A DNA stretch of 64,000 nt from Squalus acanthias (Eukaryota), in assembly GCA_030390025.1 (NCBI GenBank), contig CM059432.1, forward strand, positions 109,060,001 through 109,124,000, in the 5' to 3' direction. How positions within the stretch are numbered: the first letter of the stretch is position 1; each line of letters opens with the position of its first letter. The notes under the pieces were generated by a model. The model saw only the letters and a list, made by a program, of their open reading frames with translations. It was not told where the DNA came from and did not search any database. The position numbers and the translations under genes are program-made. Below are positions 13,301 through 26,476 of this stretch, piece after piece.

Positions 13301-16300
13301 GTGGGAGAAGCCAGGGCCTGTGCTTTAAACATGTTGAGGAGAAAGTATATTCTGAAGACTGCGCCACAATACCTTAAACGTAGGTTACCTGCCCATTTAC
13401 TGATAAACGTTTACATTTGTGAGAAGACTCAAAATTCCAGCACTCGAACCTTAAATAGGGCTTTTATGAGGCAATGCAGCTTTAAATGGTTATTGTTGTC
13501 ACTTGTCTATGTATAACTGCAGTCTCACCATATCTACACAGTACTCAACAGCTGACTGAAAGTATTAAAAAAAAAGGATCCTCTCTACTTTAAACTGGTT
13601 TGAAGCCCATTCACTATCTGTACTTTTCATCTGGTTCTCAGGCTTTGGCGCTTAAATCATTTCACACTTTGGGGGAAGGATTTTAGCCATCCGTACTTTA
13701 ATCCGTGTTTCTGGCCAAGCTTTTCAGCAAGATGTACTTTAATTAATCCATATTTCTGGGAAAGGCAGCAACAACTTTTACAATTACTAAATTGACATTT
13801 ACATTGCAGTATTGCTGTTGGGCAATAATCTAATTTTCTGCTTCATTCCACAGCCACACAGTTGGTTAGTTTCCATTATTTGATTCTGTACATCAAACCG
13901 TTGTTGATAAGTGTTAATGGTTTAACTTCCGAACAGCTTCTGCAACCTGCAACATACCTTTTTTTTACGCATGTTTTACATAATCCTTTCTGCAATTTCC
14001 GAGAGTAATAACTCCAGCCTATCCAATGATGAGAACAAACACAACTACAAAGCATACATTCCAACTAATCAATGTTACACAAGTGCTGTGTAAATTTTTT
14101 TAAAGAGTTCTGTGGCTTAAGGGAAATTTAAAACTTTTATAATTACTACTTATTGTGGAATCACAGGCAGGATCGATTTGAAGAGAAAACCTTAGAAAAT
14201 CATGAGAGCAATACAGTATTGTGACACCTAATTTAGAGGCAAAATTAATTTTGAACAGAGAATAGACTCCAAAGCAGACCTCACTATAGCTTGGTAACAG
14301 GCTATCTTGTTTAGTACTATCTGCTACACTAATATTTCTATTCCTTAAGTGCAAATTTGTCTTAACATTTAAAACTTCCAGTTCTGAAACCAATTTCGTT
14401 CAATTCCCAGGTACCCATCTGCTACTAGCTTTATAACAAAAAGTTGAATAATAGAGTAAGTGTCCTGTGTCGGACTCACTTGTTTTTTTTATTGCATTGT
14501 ACACTGTACACATGCAATGGAGCATGCAATGTAGTTTTGATTATTGAATTCTCAGGAGTTAACACGTACATTCTATGAAGCCACCACATGTTTGGATGAC
14601 ACGGTACTTATAGGAGGAACTGCATTGATTTGACAACCATGACAGTGAAGGGCAGATTTTATGAATTCACATTCCCGATGTGGAGCTTCATGCACTGGGA
14701 GCATGTATTGGGATCTTGGGTACTGAGGCCCATGGGTCTGGCAGAAATTTCTGACCATTAAAATTAGGGTGCAACTTCTGGTTAATTTATTACTGATCCA
14801 TTTTCCTTCCACTTGAATGAGAAGTGGCTGCAGGGAGCAAGTAAACAGTAAGTAGCCAGTTCTCCTCTTACTGTTCCCTTTGGCTCAAAGGTAACATGTC
14901 AACATCAAAGTGCTTGTTCCTGTGTTGTGACTCATCCTGAAAGTGACAGGGATCCACTTGCTTCATTTTGGATTTATCTGTTGAAGACATTGATTGTGCA
15001 CCAATATTAAGGCATCATACCCAGGTGCCACACCCCAGGTGCAGACCATCTCTGGCCCCTGAGTGAATGCTCTTTCAGCCTATCCATACGTAAGCTTCAT
15101 TGAACCAGGACTGTCTGGAAGTAGAAAATAGTTGTTGGCTTCGGTTCTTGACTTCCAACTGGAGTTAAAGATCTTGTTCATGGACTAAGGACAGGATGCT
15201 AACAGTCCATAAATTAAAACATATAAAGAAGGAAGCTGGTGAGCACTAAGCTATTCTGTAAGCCATTTGTAGTGAGTACCCAACAGATAACATAGCATCT
15301 TTCTGTTTGGTAGCCGTGGAGAACCGCTGACACATCCCGATCGAATACCTGTTTTCTCACAACTGTTTGGTCAACCACTTGTAATAAAATTTGTCTCACC
15401 CATTGGATGCGAACATTTTCATTTTTATTATATTTTTCACACTTCATTTTCAGCAGAGCAGTGCAGCCCCAACTCAATTTCCACTGGTGCAGCCTATCGC
15501 TGTTTCCACTGGTTCTGATTTACTTTTAAGGCAAAAAAAAATCCTGTTCCTAACCAAATGTTTCTGCATTGAAAATCCATCACTGAAAACATCCCCCCAC
15601 CCCCCAGCTCTGATCTTTCACGCATCAGGAGACAATAAAACTGTCCAGTGCAGCAGAACTCAGAGTGTAATAAGGAAGTTTATTGATTGACTTATTTTTG
15701 AATTTGAACTGTAAGCTATATTTATAATGGTCTTAAGTGTTTTTCCAAACATATATATTTTAGCGGCAGTCTCTAAAGGGCTTTTTGTTGCAGGGTTTTG
15801 CTAGACTCTTTTTTGTAGCTCCTAAAACCTTTTTTTCTTTCTCCTCCTTCCCCATTTTATAAATATAAAGCAAATGTGAAGGTAGTCTCTTGATCCTGTT
15901 TCCATGGTGAGCAATGCTAATTGTGTTTGAAAGCATGCTTCTGTCATGTTCGGAAATAAGTTACATAAAAGGGCATCAAAGTGCCCACCAGATCTGAGAA
16001 TCCACTATATCATGGGTTTAAAATCATTTAAATTGCCCAAGTGAAATTTGACTGTAAAAGTGTTTGTAAAAGAGGTCATCTGTTGAATTCAAAGATGTTG
16101 CAAGCCATTTTATCATTAGCTCACTTCACTTACACTTGATTAAAAGAAGAGGTTTCATTTGAAGCAAGCATCAGGAGAATTGCCATGCCTACCTGCATAA
16201 GTAAGTGATTATTAAGGTGCTATTTTCACAAAGTTTAACTCTGGATATCAGGAGAATGCATCATTTTTACACTCACTATGAGCCATCTATTATTTTTCTT

Positions 16301-16519
16301 AAAGATTATCTTATTTAGAAGCTTATGGATCTCTCCTGATAAGTGTTTTGGTATTCTTCTCTTTCACATGAACTATAATAAAGCCCTTCTCACAAGGACC
16401 TGAATTAAGCAGTCAGTATATGCATGCTTAAACCTTTATGCACCATTAGAATTGAATGTTTAGAAAGGGGGTATCCAAGACATGGCCTGCAGGCAAAATG
16501 CTCTTTTGATCTGACCACA

Positions 16520-16780
16520 CTGGCATCTTGTGCATTCCGTCCTCCCTTGATCCCACCATTGGCGGCCATGACTTCAGCTGTCTATGCCCTAACCTCTGGA
16601 ATTCCCTCCCTAAACCCTTCCGACAATCCAATTCCTTCTCCGCCTTTATGGCCCTCTTTAAAACCCACCTCTTTGACCAAGCGTTTAGTCACCCCTCCCA
16701 ACATCTCCTTCTCTGGTTTGGCATCCATCTTTGTCTGATTACGCCTCTGTGAAGTGCCTTGGGACGTTTTTCTATGTTTG
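16520..16780 (+). mobile_element. L2 LINE 3' fragment
   Basis: IGG..FS....LWNSLP...FKTHLF peptide and L2 3'UTR. Confidence 0.8.
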
Positions 16781-16974
16781 AAGCCCTATATTCTTCTTTT
16801 TCTTCTTAAGACCCTGTCAGCTCCTTCCTTCCTTTGCATGCTTGTGCAAATTCAATTCCATCTCTTTAAACTTTCCGGGCCTGAAGAACCGGTAAAGGCT
16901 ACTCCCCAATTTGTTGAATCCAGCAGCAGCCATTTTGCAGCTGTTTACCAGTCCCGGGAAATTTAAAGTTCTGT

Positions 16975-18297
16975 GGCCTAGAAATTGCTTACCTTAGCGC
17001 TGGCCATTAACATTGGTTTTCTTGAAAAAATGGTGGCCGCCTAGCTTCCAGCCGCTTCTGGCGCGGGACATGACGGCCACCATTTGGTAAGGGCCTTAGC
17101 GCTGCCGTTGACAGCGCTGGCCTCTGAAAGGTAAATTAGAAGATTGTGATGTCAATCGGCATGCAACGTCTGACTTGACGCCACGACTGCTAACTTGGAC
17201 GTTTCTGATCATCATTACGCTGGGAAATGAAGCAACCCTGCAGAGACACTGTCAGCGCTTCTTAAAGGGACACACACATCTTTCAGGTAAGTTTGGATTT
17301 CAGCTTTTGGACTGGTTTTCTTATATTTTATTGAAGTAGTGGCTTGGTGCAATAGATGTTAAAAGTTTTTAAAGTGTGCAGGGAGTGCTCCTGGATGCTT
17401 GCAAAGCTTCGGATGGTAAAGGAAGGCCTCTGAGAAGACAGAAAATGCTGGAAATACTCAGCAGGTCAGGCAGCATCCGTGGAGAGAGAAACAGAGTTCA
17501 CGTCTCAGGTCGAGATGCTGAATATTTCCAGCATTTTCTGCTTTTATTTCAGATTTCCAGCATCCGCTCGCAGAGGGAAGAGGAAGATGCAGAAGAGGAA
17601 GAAGCAGAAGGAAGGAGGCAACCACTGGTCTGAGGTCATGAGCTTCTTTGGGAACTGGAGCCAGGTTATGAGGGCGATACTGCTGGCAGTGACGGCCTCG
17701 GAGATCTGGTCTCACATCCTTCTTTCTGGAGGGCCTCCTGAATACTGTGGGTAGAGGACCTTTCTTGCAGTGTTGACCATCTGCACAAAGCTGGAGTGCT
17801 GTGTGCGAGACCCTGGGTGCCCCTTCCCTGGCTTGTTGAGCCATTTGTGTTAGTGCTGAAGCACTTTTACCATTTTTTTATGTGTTGAAGGCAGTTCAGC
17901 TTTAACAACTGAAGACTGCCATTTTGGAATTATTTTTAATTATTTTTTCAGAAGGCAGGTGAGCTCTAAGGGCTAAAGACTGCCTATTTTTAAATGATTT
18001 TTGTTTTTTTCATTTTAGAAAGCAGTTCCCCTTTAAGGGATCGACACTGCTTTCAAAAATGACAGGCTAGCTTTAAAGGAACGCAGCCTCACTCCAGCTA
18101 CAGCCACGCTACATTGGACCTCCTCCTGAGACTACTGCCAGAAACAGTGCGTTACACTGGCGGTTTTGTGCTGCGCTAAAGTAAATCAGCAGGCTGCACC
18201 AAAATACCGGTGCTGCCTGCACTCTTTTTGCGGGCAGCCATTAACTGCAGCCTGCGTTGCCACCAGCAGGTTTCCGGCCTACTCGAATTTCTAGGCC
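16975..18297. mobile_element. Non-autonomous PIF/Harbinger element; contains a Penelope-tail hairpin remnant at 17438-17566
   Basis: Perfect 12-bp TIR GGCCTAGAAATT / AATTTCTAGGCC; 3-bp TSD TGT; left part resembles the element starting at 62837; acidic EEDAEEEEAE remnant like a transposase C-terminal tail. Confidence 0.8.
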
Positions 18298-19019
18298 TGT
18301 AACTTCTAAGTTTTCAAGCATTGGGGGAAGGGGGATGTAGGAAACAAATGGAGATTATGGGGGTAAAATGGGGAGAGGATTGTGGAACAGTGGAAATGGA
18401 GGTGGAGAGTTTGATTTTTTTGTGTAAGGGAATCTTGGCATTTTTGTGTCTGAGCGTGTTGTATTTTTGTCCATGAAGGATAACCTTTCTATATAATGAT
18501 ATGTGGCCCACTGATTGGTTTTGATCCATGAATCCAGCTGCCAAAGGGGACGCCCCGGTTTAGAACATCAAGGTGACAGGCATGATCATTCTACCATGCT
18601 GAAGGTGAATACTTGTCATATGGTTGCTAAGGAAAGTGAGGCTTGGGACAACAGTTGTTGGAAAATGTCACTAGGAGGCCATGAATGGAACACGCAGTCA
18701 TATATTCAAGGTTTGGTGCGTAATTTGATTGGGTTGAAGAGAGGCAAGCAGCAGCTGCTGAAGCTCCACACCTTCACCTGGTGGAACCAGAATTTAATGG
18801 GTACAGTGTATGTCCATGCTATGAACAGGAAGTTGGTGAAAATGTATCCACAAATTTTATGGTGCCATACACTATTCACTATGGTATTTAATGAAGACTC
18901 ACGCCAGCGCTTGTCAATTATCTAAAGAATAACTAATGACTATATTCCTAGTGGTAAGTTGGGTCTCTCTGGGGTTGATTAGCTTCAAGGTGACATGCCT
19001 GGCGATGGGATATTGAACT

Positions 19020-20530
19020 CCACCACAAACTGTGTTCCCTACCCACCGACTCCATCCCTCTCCCTGGCAACTGTCTTAGGCTGAACCAGATCATTCGCAT
19101 CCTTGGTGTCATATTTGACCCCGAGATGAGCTTGCTACCACATATCCTCTCCATCACCAAAGCCACCTACTTCCACCTCCGTAACATCGCCCATCTGCTC
19201 ATCTGCTGCTGAAACCCTCATCAATGTTTTGTTACCTCTAGATTTGGCTATTCCAATATTCTCCTGGCTGGCCTCCCATCTTCCACCCTACATAAACTTT
19301 AGTTCATCCAAAACTGCTGCCCGTATCCTAACTTGCACGAAGTCCCGTTCACCTATCGCCCCTGTGCTCGCTGACCCACATTGGCCGCCTCAATTTAAAA
19401 ATTTTCAACCTTGTTTTCAAATCCCTCCATGGTCTCACCCCTCCCTATCTCTGTAACCTCCTCCAGCCCCACAACCCCCCCGAGATCTTTGCACTCCTCC
19501 AATTCTGGCCTCTTGCACATCCTCAATTTTCATCGCTCCATTGTTGCCTTCTGTGCCGTCAGCTGCCGAGGCCCTAAGCTGTGGAATTCACTCCCTAAAC
19601 CTCTCTACGTCACTGTCCTCCTTTAAGGCGGTTCTTAAAACCTACCTCTTTCACCAGTCCTATTATCGCCTTACGTGGCTCGGTGTCAAATTTTGATTGA
19701 TAGTACTCCTGTGAGGCGCCTTGGGACATTTTACTATGGGCCAGAAATTCGGCTCTACGGCTTCCTGTGGGTGCAAGCATCGCGCGCGTACTTGCCTACC
19801 GCGCCTGCCATTGTGCTTCGGGCCCACGAGGAATTCGAGTCTTAGGCCTCCTGCAGCTGCCGGCGCGCAGTGCTTGCGTATCCCAGGGGCGCAGTTAGTT
19901 CGAAGCGTCCCCTGGGATCACGTGGGCCATGGAGAGCCAATCCTAGCAGGGAATTTTCATTCATAGATTTGACAGGAAGACCTGTCAAATCTATGAATAG
20001 AGATCGGCCCCAAAACCACTCTAAAACTTCAAATAAATTTAAAAAAAACATCACATTTTTAAAATAACTATAAATTACATAAATTAACTATAAACAAAAA
20101 TTTAAATTTTTGAAAAAATTAATTAAACTTTCTAACGGTGCTAAAAATAAACTTACCTTTCTTTAAAGTATGCAAAAAAGATAAACCTGTTGAAAAAATG
20201 TTTAAATTGTAATTAATTAACCACTTACCTTGTTAAAAACAGGCCTTGTGCCTCCTTTTTAAATGTGCAGCTTCTCCATACTTACCCTCACGGAGAAACC
20301 TGAAAAAAAAACGAAGTTCGCTGCGTGCGCGCAGCCTCTCCCGCGCACGCGTTCAACCTCTGAACCCCTTCCTTCAGGGGAACGAAAGTTCCGGTTTCCC
20401 GCGCATGCAGGAAACCGGCACTTCAGGTGGCCTTACGGGTGAGTACACAACGCGTACTCACCCGACAAGAGCCGAATTTCTGGCCCATATGTTAAAGGCA
20501 CTATATAAATGCATGTTGTTGTTGTTGGTA
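19020..20530 (+). mobile_element. L2 LINE 3' portion, interrupted by a MITE
   Basis: LGVIFDPE, LWNSLP motifs; tail GCACTATATAAATGC(TTG)n resumes at 20488. Confidence 0.85.
19737..20487. mobile_element. MITE with 20-bp perfect TIR
   Basis: TGGGCCAGAAATTCGGCTCT / AGAGCCGAATTTCTGGCCCA; splits the L2 tail TTTTACTA|TGTTAAAGG with TA duplicated. Confidence 0.92.
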
Positions 20531-20919
20531 AATGACTAGCCAAATTGACTAATTGATGGCACCTGGAAAGGTAAACTTATCACTGGGGGCTGAAATTCTT
20601 TGAACTCAGTTCAAAACAAACTTTCAAGCTGTTGCGGCAAGGGGTAGGATGGTCCTAGCTGGACAAGCAGTGGGAAGTTTACCGATCATCTATGCTGGCA
20701 AACTACCTCATTTCAGCTGGTTATACTCAAGCACCCACTTGGAGTCCTTTCGTCATAGCTCTTGGCAATCTGCACGTACGCTCTCTGGACTGCTTGTAAG
20801 TGGAGTGTGTACCTTTGGAAGAGAGTGTGAATGGGAAATTGGGCAATTAGGAGCAAGCGAATGCAGTGCAGCAACGCATTGCAACTAAAGCTCTTTGAGC
20901 ATCTCCACAAATATCTTCT

Positions 20920-21910
20920 CTTCCTAGCTCCCACGCCATTACCACTGGAGTCCCCCCAAGGATTTATTCTTGCCCCTCGTCCTCATCTACATGCCTCCCC
21001 CTTAGTAGACATGGGGCCAGCTTCCACATGTACACTGACGACACCCAGCTCTACCTCTCCCTCTCCATCACCTTTCTCGACCACTTCACTGCCTCCGTGT
21101 TAAAACGCTGCTTATCCAACATCCAGTCTTGGACATAAACATTGGTAATACTGAAGCCATCGTCTTTGGCCCCCACCACAAACTCAATACCCTTGCCATT
21201 GATTGCATCCCCCTCTGTAATCACTGTCCCAGGCTAAACCAGACAGTTCACAACCTTGGTGTCTTATTTGACCCTGTGATTCCCACCCCATACCCTCTGC
21301 ATCACAAAAACCATCTAATTCCACATCCATGACGACGCCCTTTTCCACCTGTGCCTCAGCCCATCTGCTGCCGAAACATTCATCCCTGCCTTTGTCATTC
21401 TATTGCTCTCCTTGTCACCCTCCAGGCCTCTGTCCTCCGTAAACTTCAGCTCATCCTTTTCCACACCTGCTCACCCATTATCCCTGTCCACGTTGACCTG
21501 CATTGGTTTCCAGTCCTCCAACACCACAAATATAACATTCTTATCCTTGTGTTTAAATCCTTTCATGGCCTCACCCTTCCCTTACTCCAGTCCTACAACT
21601 CCCCTCCACTCCTCTGACTCTGGCCTCTTGTGCATCTCACCACCCCTTCATCCAAACCACTCGCCACAGTGCCTTCAGCCGACTCGGCCTTGTGCTCTGG
21701 AATTCTCTGCCTTAACCCTCCCATCTCTCCACCTCCTTCTCCTCCTTTAAGTTCCTCCTTAAAACCTACCTCTTTTACAAAGCTTTTGGTCACTCCTCCT
21801 AATATCTCCTTCCTTGACTCGGCATCCATTGCTTCCTTGCAACTCCATGAAGTGCCCTTGGACATTTTTGTCTACTTTACAAGCGCTATATAAATGAAAG
21901 CTTTTGTTGA
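20920..21910 (+). mobile_element. L2 LINE, degraded
   Basis: GVPQG, MYTDDTQLY, INIGNTEAIVFG remnants; L2 tail. Confidence 0.8.
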
Positions 21911-21964
21911 TTGGAAATATTGAAATAAATGTCAAGCATTTCTATAAATATAGCTTAAGCAGTT

Positions 21965-22215
21965 AAAAAAGAAATGGTGGGGCCATTGAAAGACCTGAAA
22001 GGTGTCATGATACCAAGTGACCAAGGGATAGCAAATATACTAAATTCATTTTTCTCTTCTGTGTTTATGGAGGAGACCATGGGCAGTCTCCTCAGCATGA
22101 TAAGTTACCGGTGATGGGGTGGATGAATTGCTAAAAGCAATAGCTGTTTCAGATAAGGCAGTCCCTGATAGGCTGAGGATGTTAAAGAGAGAGAAAGGCC
22201 CCTATGGACTTTTAA
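21965..22215 (+). mobile_element. Old CR1 ORF2 fragment
   Basis: Reads VGPLKDLKG...IANILNSFFSSVFMEE, matching VGPLQSEAG...LNAYFGSVFTKE of the intact CR1. Confidence 0.6.
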
Positions 22216-22219
22216 AAGC

Positions 22220-22650
22220 GTCAGCCAGTGCCTCAGTTGTTAGATCCTCTGAGTCAGAAGGTTGTGGGTTCAAGTCTCACTCCAGAGGCTTGAGCACAAA
22301 AATCTAGGCTGACACTCCAATGCAGTACTGAGGGGGTGCTGCACTGTCGGAGGTGCCATCTTTCAGATGAAACGTCTGCTCTCTCAGGTGGACGTAAAAG
22401 ATCCCATGGCACTATTTTGAAGAAGAGCAGGGGAGTTATCCTCGGTGTCCTGACCAATATTTATCCCTCAACCAACATCGCTAAAACAGATGATCTGGTC
22501 ATTATCACATTGCTGTTTGTGGGAGCTTGCCGTGCGCTAATTGGCTGCCACGTTTCCAACATTGCAACAGTGACTACATGTAAAGCGTTTTGGGACGTCT
22601 GGTGGTCGTGAAAGGTGCTATATAAATGCAAGTCTTTCTTTTCTTTCTTT
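22220..22650 (+). mobile_element. Near full-length tRNA-derived Deu-domain SINE (SacSINE1/AmnSINE1-like)
   Basis: A/B-box-like head (GGTTCAAGTCTC), Deu core GGACGTAAAAGATCCCATGGCACTATT, L2-type tail. Confidence 0.85.
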
Positions 22651-23269
22651 ATACAAGTATACTGTAAGAAATAGCCATTAAAATTGGTTATGTCCTTGCC
22701 ACTATCTTTAGGGAATTGTGAAAGACCGGGAATGAAAAATTGCCATTGACAAAGGAACAACTTATTGGAAGATTGTTCATGTTGGGAAGGTTTTCTTAGG
22801 ACAGTGGCAAAAGGTAGTGCATAAAAAGTGTAACAAACTGTCATATTCTGATGTAAGTCCAAACCCAAGAAACCACTGAAAAGCGAGTCCTTAAACCTAC
22901 TCAGACACTGAAGACTGAGAAGTAATGCGGTGACTGAAGTAAACCCTTGGCTTAATAAGAGACCACGGAGACAAAAATGCTTCCTTCATCTGATTAAGTG
23001 GAATTGGAAGCCCATTTGTTTCGCAATATCAGTCTATCCATTTGTCCAACTGAGCTCCTTCCTTTCTTCTAACTCTAATACACTTTACAGGAGTTGCAAA
23101 TTGTAAGATTGTAGTCAAGGTGTTTCTCTCCGCTTCACCCCCGGTGAGTTTTTCCATTCCCTTCTTTTCCAAGAAAGGTTTACTGAAGTACTGGTTACTT
23201 TCTGGTGCCTTACTTAGGTGTCCATATTAATAAGTGAGCCTTGACAGTGGGTACCAGCAAACTACTTGA

Positions 23270-23470
23270 CACAATCCTATTGACACATCCTTACTTCGAG
23301 CAAAGCTCACTGGATAACAATCAAAACCAAAACTCTTGATGATTTCTTTCCCCTCCCTAACCCAGTGGTGTTGAAGCCAATTGTAGCACTGCCCCAGCTG
23401 AGATTTCTTAACACTGCACAGACCAGCAATTGAACCTGGAGTTTTCTGGACTGTATGCCTCACTGTATAA
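23270..23470 (-). mobile_element. Ancient tRNA-derived SINE fragment, possibly AmnSINE2-like
   Basis: Minus strand CCAGGTTCAATTGCTGGTCTGTGC...CTCAGCTGGGGCAGTGCTACAATTGG...GGGTTAGGGAGGGGAAA. Family assignment is from memory. Confidence 0.45.
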
Positions 23471-23987
23471 AATGCTGAGACTTCAGAATGGAGCTAAAAT
23501 TAAGATACCTGGTTCACCAAACTATGATCATGATTCCAACAGCCAACTGTGGCCAGCATTCAAACCTTCAGGAGGATCCTTCACTTCTGAGGGAAGAAGT
23601 GAGGCTCCATCTTCCAGTGAGAAGTGTACCTCCAGACACTGGAGGTGAGTATCTGAGGGGCTGATGAAAGGGATTATAAAGGTGAGAAGTAATGGAAAAG
23701 AGATTTTAAAAAATTTCCGTGTATGCGTCAGGGGGAAGCACCCTCACCCTTCGCTAATGGGCATTGGAAAGGTTCAGGCGAGTTGCGTGCCATTTTCTAT
23801 CTATTGCAGAAGTGACTGTTAAAATTCTGTGAGGGAAGCAATGAAAGTGATCCTTTCTTAAGTAATTCAGTCATTTACAGATCGATTGTATTCTTATCAA
23901 ATTAGGTTTATAAATATTTGAACTTGTAATAAATCTAGTGCGGGTAAAATTTTCATCTTCACTACTGTCAGAATGGATGTTACTTAC

Positions 23988-24094
23988 GAATGCACAGCAG
24001 CCACATACCAGGCAATATCATCAAAATGGGATTCGGTAATTGTTAAAGACTGAAATGCTGTCAAATAAAGGAAAATTAACCAGGAATACATATC
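23988..24094 (-). other. Candidate host exon (107 nt), unidentified gene
   Basis: Acceptor CTTGTTTTTTCAG, donor GTAAGT; single open frame DMYSWLIFLYLTAFQSLTITESHFDDIAWYVAAVH; lies in non-repeat DNA. Confidence 0.3.
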
Positions 24095-25601
24095 CTGAAA
24101 AAACAAGGCTAACCCAACAGTAATTTGCTGTAATAAGGGAACAAGTTTAAAGAATCTCCTAGATGCTTGGTCCAGATAGTATTGATAAGATGATATAATT
24201 TTCCTTTTTGAAATGAGGAACCCGGCTTGTACTCTGAAACTGTTATTGTTATAAAGGGACTGAATGGAAAGTATGCCCAAGTATATAACATTAGGACTGT
24301 GGGTGACAATAGAACCGACCCACAGAATTTTGTGTTGCGTATATTTCCGAGCTGACACTGATGCACAGCTCAGTAATATTTCTGAATCATGTATGAATAT
24401 TAACCTGTAAAATAATTTCCCATCGCCAGGAGAGCTAAATGTAACAAATAATGTATTAAACAGCATTCATTGGCTTACTTAAGTCGGATTCAGAAAAAAA
24501 TTATGTAATTTTGAAAAATGTAGAAAAATGTATTTACTTTGTTAAGAAAAGTGTAAGAGAATTGGCTATTATTTTCAAAACAGAGCAGTGAGTTGGAAGA
24601 AATTGGTGTAGAGTTTCTCAGATTCCGTTCTTTTCCCAAGACACCTTTCCATAACCAAATGCTTTAGAATGAGTAATCGAAAGCTACCTTTAGCCAACCA
24701 CTAGGGAGTCTTTACACGCTGGCTTCGATTTGAAGCTGAGTGCAGCCCAGTATTCAGGAGGTGTTTGCAAGCATTTTCTAATGGCATTTTGATGTACATG
24801 TTCAAAATTGATGTCGGAAGGATCGTTGTAAAGTCCAAAACAGTGGAATGCTGAGGACATTTTCAGGTGGCAGTCAGATTCTGGCTGGGTGATCCCAGTA
24901 TATTTTCTCATGTCACAGTTGATTAGGTTCACAGGGAAGTGGAAATTGTGGGGGGAAAATTTCCTATTACTGTGCTCTGCCATATCAGGTCTCTCTTTCC
25001 CTTTGGATGCAACATTAGTTTTTGTCCAGAGCAGTAACTGCTTCCTACAATTTGGAGACTTACGAAGCAGAAGTTATTTTCACAACTGGAATGACCTTCA
25101 GAATAATGAGAACTGACTAGAACTTTTTTATTTATATTGCTCTAATGTTTCTCATGAAACAAATGGAAGAATCTACTTGTTATTCCCCGTATTATGCTGC
25201 AGATGTTCTATTCAGCAATTTGGGCCTCATTTGTTTGTTTAGATCAGATGGCCTGTTACAACAGTAAATGTATCAAGCTATGATAATAATGTGGTTTTGT
25301 ATTTTGTGTTATCGCCACCAAGATGGGTTTTAAATGTTTGTTCCACTTGATAAACATTATTACAGTTCTAGTAAAATCAAATGTTTCATCTGAATTTCGA
25401 TACTGTGTCACTTCCTGCTCTGATCCAAAATATCCCAAAATTGATACAAATAATACAAAAATACACACACAAACTCACAGCAATGTTATGTAAAACTTCC
25501 CAATATTTAATCAGGTATTCTATCTGTTTCAGTATTGTGGTGTGAGATCATTCCCTGCATTTTATAGAAAGAACAGATTGCACTCCTAGCTATCAGTGCA
25601 C

Positions 25602-26476
25602 GAAAATAAAAACAGAAAATCTGGAAATACTCAGCAGGTCAGGCAGCATCTGTGGAGAAAGAAACAGAGTTAACGTTTCAGGTCAATGACCTTTCGTCAG
25701 AACTGGAATAAGTTAGAGATATAGCAGGTTAAAAGCAAGTGCAGAGGCAGGTAAAGAGGGAGGGGAGGAAAGAACAAAAGGGAAGGTCTGTGATAGGGTG
25801 GAAGGCAGAAGAGAGTAAATGACAAAATTCTTTCAATTTAGTATACTGTATTCGCTGCTCATGATATGGTCTCTTCTACATTGGGAACACCTCCGTTCAG
25901 TCTGCAAGCATGACCCCAAGCTTCCTTTTACCTGTCACTTTAATTTTCTGCTCCACTCCTACGCTGACCTCTCTGTCCTCGGCCTCCTACACTGTTCCAG
26001 TGAAGCTCAACGTAAGCTCGAGGAACAGCACCTCATCTTTCGATTAGGCACTTTGCAGCCTTCCAGACTCAACATCGAGTTCAACAATTTCACACTATAA
26101 CCTCTACCCCCACTTTTTCGGATGGCAGCTGTCGATGATTCTGCTATTCCCATTTACACTTCTTCTAGACCCATCTTTTGTTTCTTTAATTATCTCATTA
26201 CCATCTCCTTTTGCGTTGCACCATCATCCCTTTTGTCTTTTAATCACTCCTGCCTTCCATCCCTTTAGTTCTTTCCTCCCCTCCCCCCTTTCCCTGCCTC
26301 TGCACTTGCTTAAAACCTGTTATATATCTAACTTTTTCCAGTTCTGACGAAAGGTCATCGATCTGGAACGTTACCTCTCTATTTCTCTCTCTACAGATGC
26401 TGCTTGACCTGCTGAGTATTTCCAGCATTTTCTGTTTTTATTTCAGATTTCCAGCATCCGCAGTATTTTGCTTTTG
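25602..26476 (+). mobile_element. Penelope-like element remnant with inverted terminal arm
   Basis: GIY-YIG C-terminal peptide RKLEEQHLIFRLGTLQPSRLNIEF; 25602-25830 is inverted relative to the 3' end; TSD TATCAGT(G/T)CAC at 25591 and 26477. Confidence 0.85.
25668..25704 (-). ncRNA. Minimal type I hammerhead ribozyme (PLE-associated)
   Basis: AGUU-CUGACGA-A-AGGUC-AUU-GACCU-GAAA-CGUU-AACU. The + strand partner at 26340-26376 has GAAA changed to GGAA. Confidence 0.8.

Noticed and set aside
14560..15200. Possible very old LINE remnant on the - strand (APGYD-like motif)
   Set aside because: Too degraded to support a call without a profile search.
22220..22290. tRNA gene
   Set aside because: Degraded tRNA-like SINE head followed by the Deu domain; no complete cloverleaf.
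23988..24020. Biotinidase/vanin similarity of YVAAV
   Set aside because: Only five residues; lacks the following YEH motif.
24690..24983. 97-aa ORF and neighbouring short ORFs in unique DNA as host exons
   Set aside because: No recognisable domain or convincing splice-site pair.
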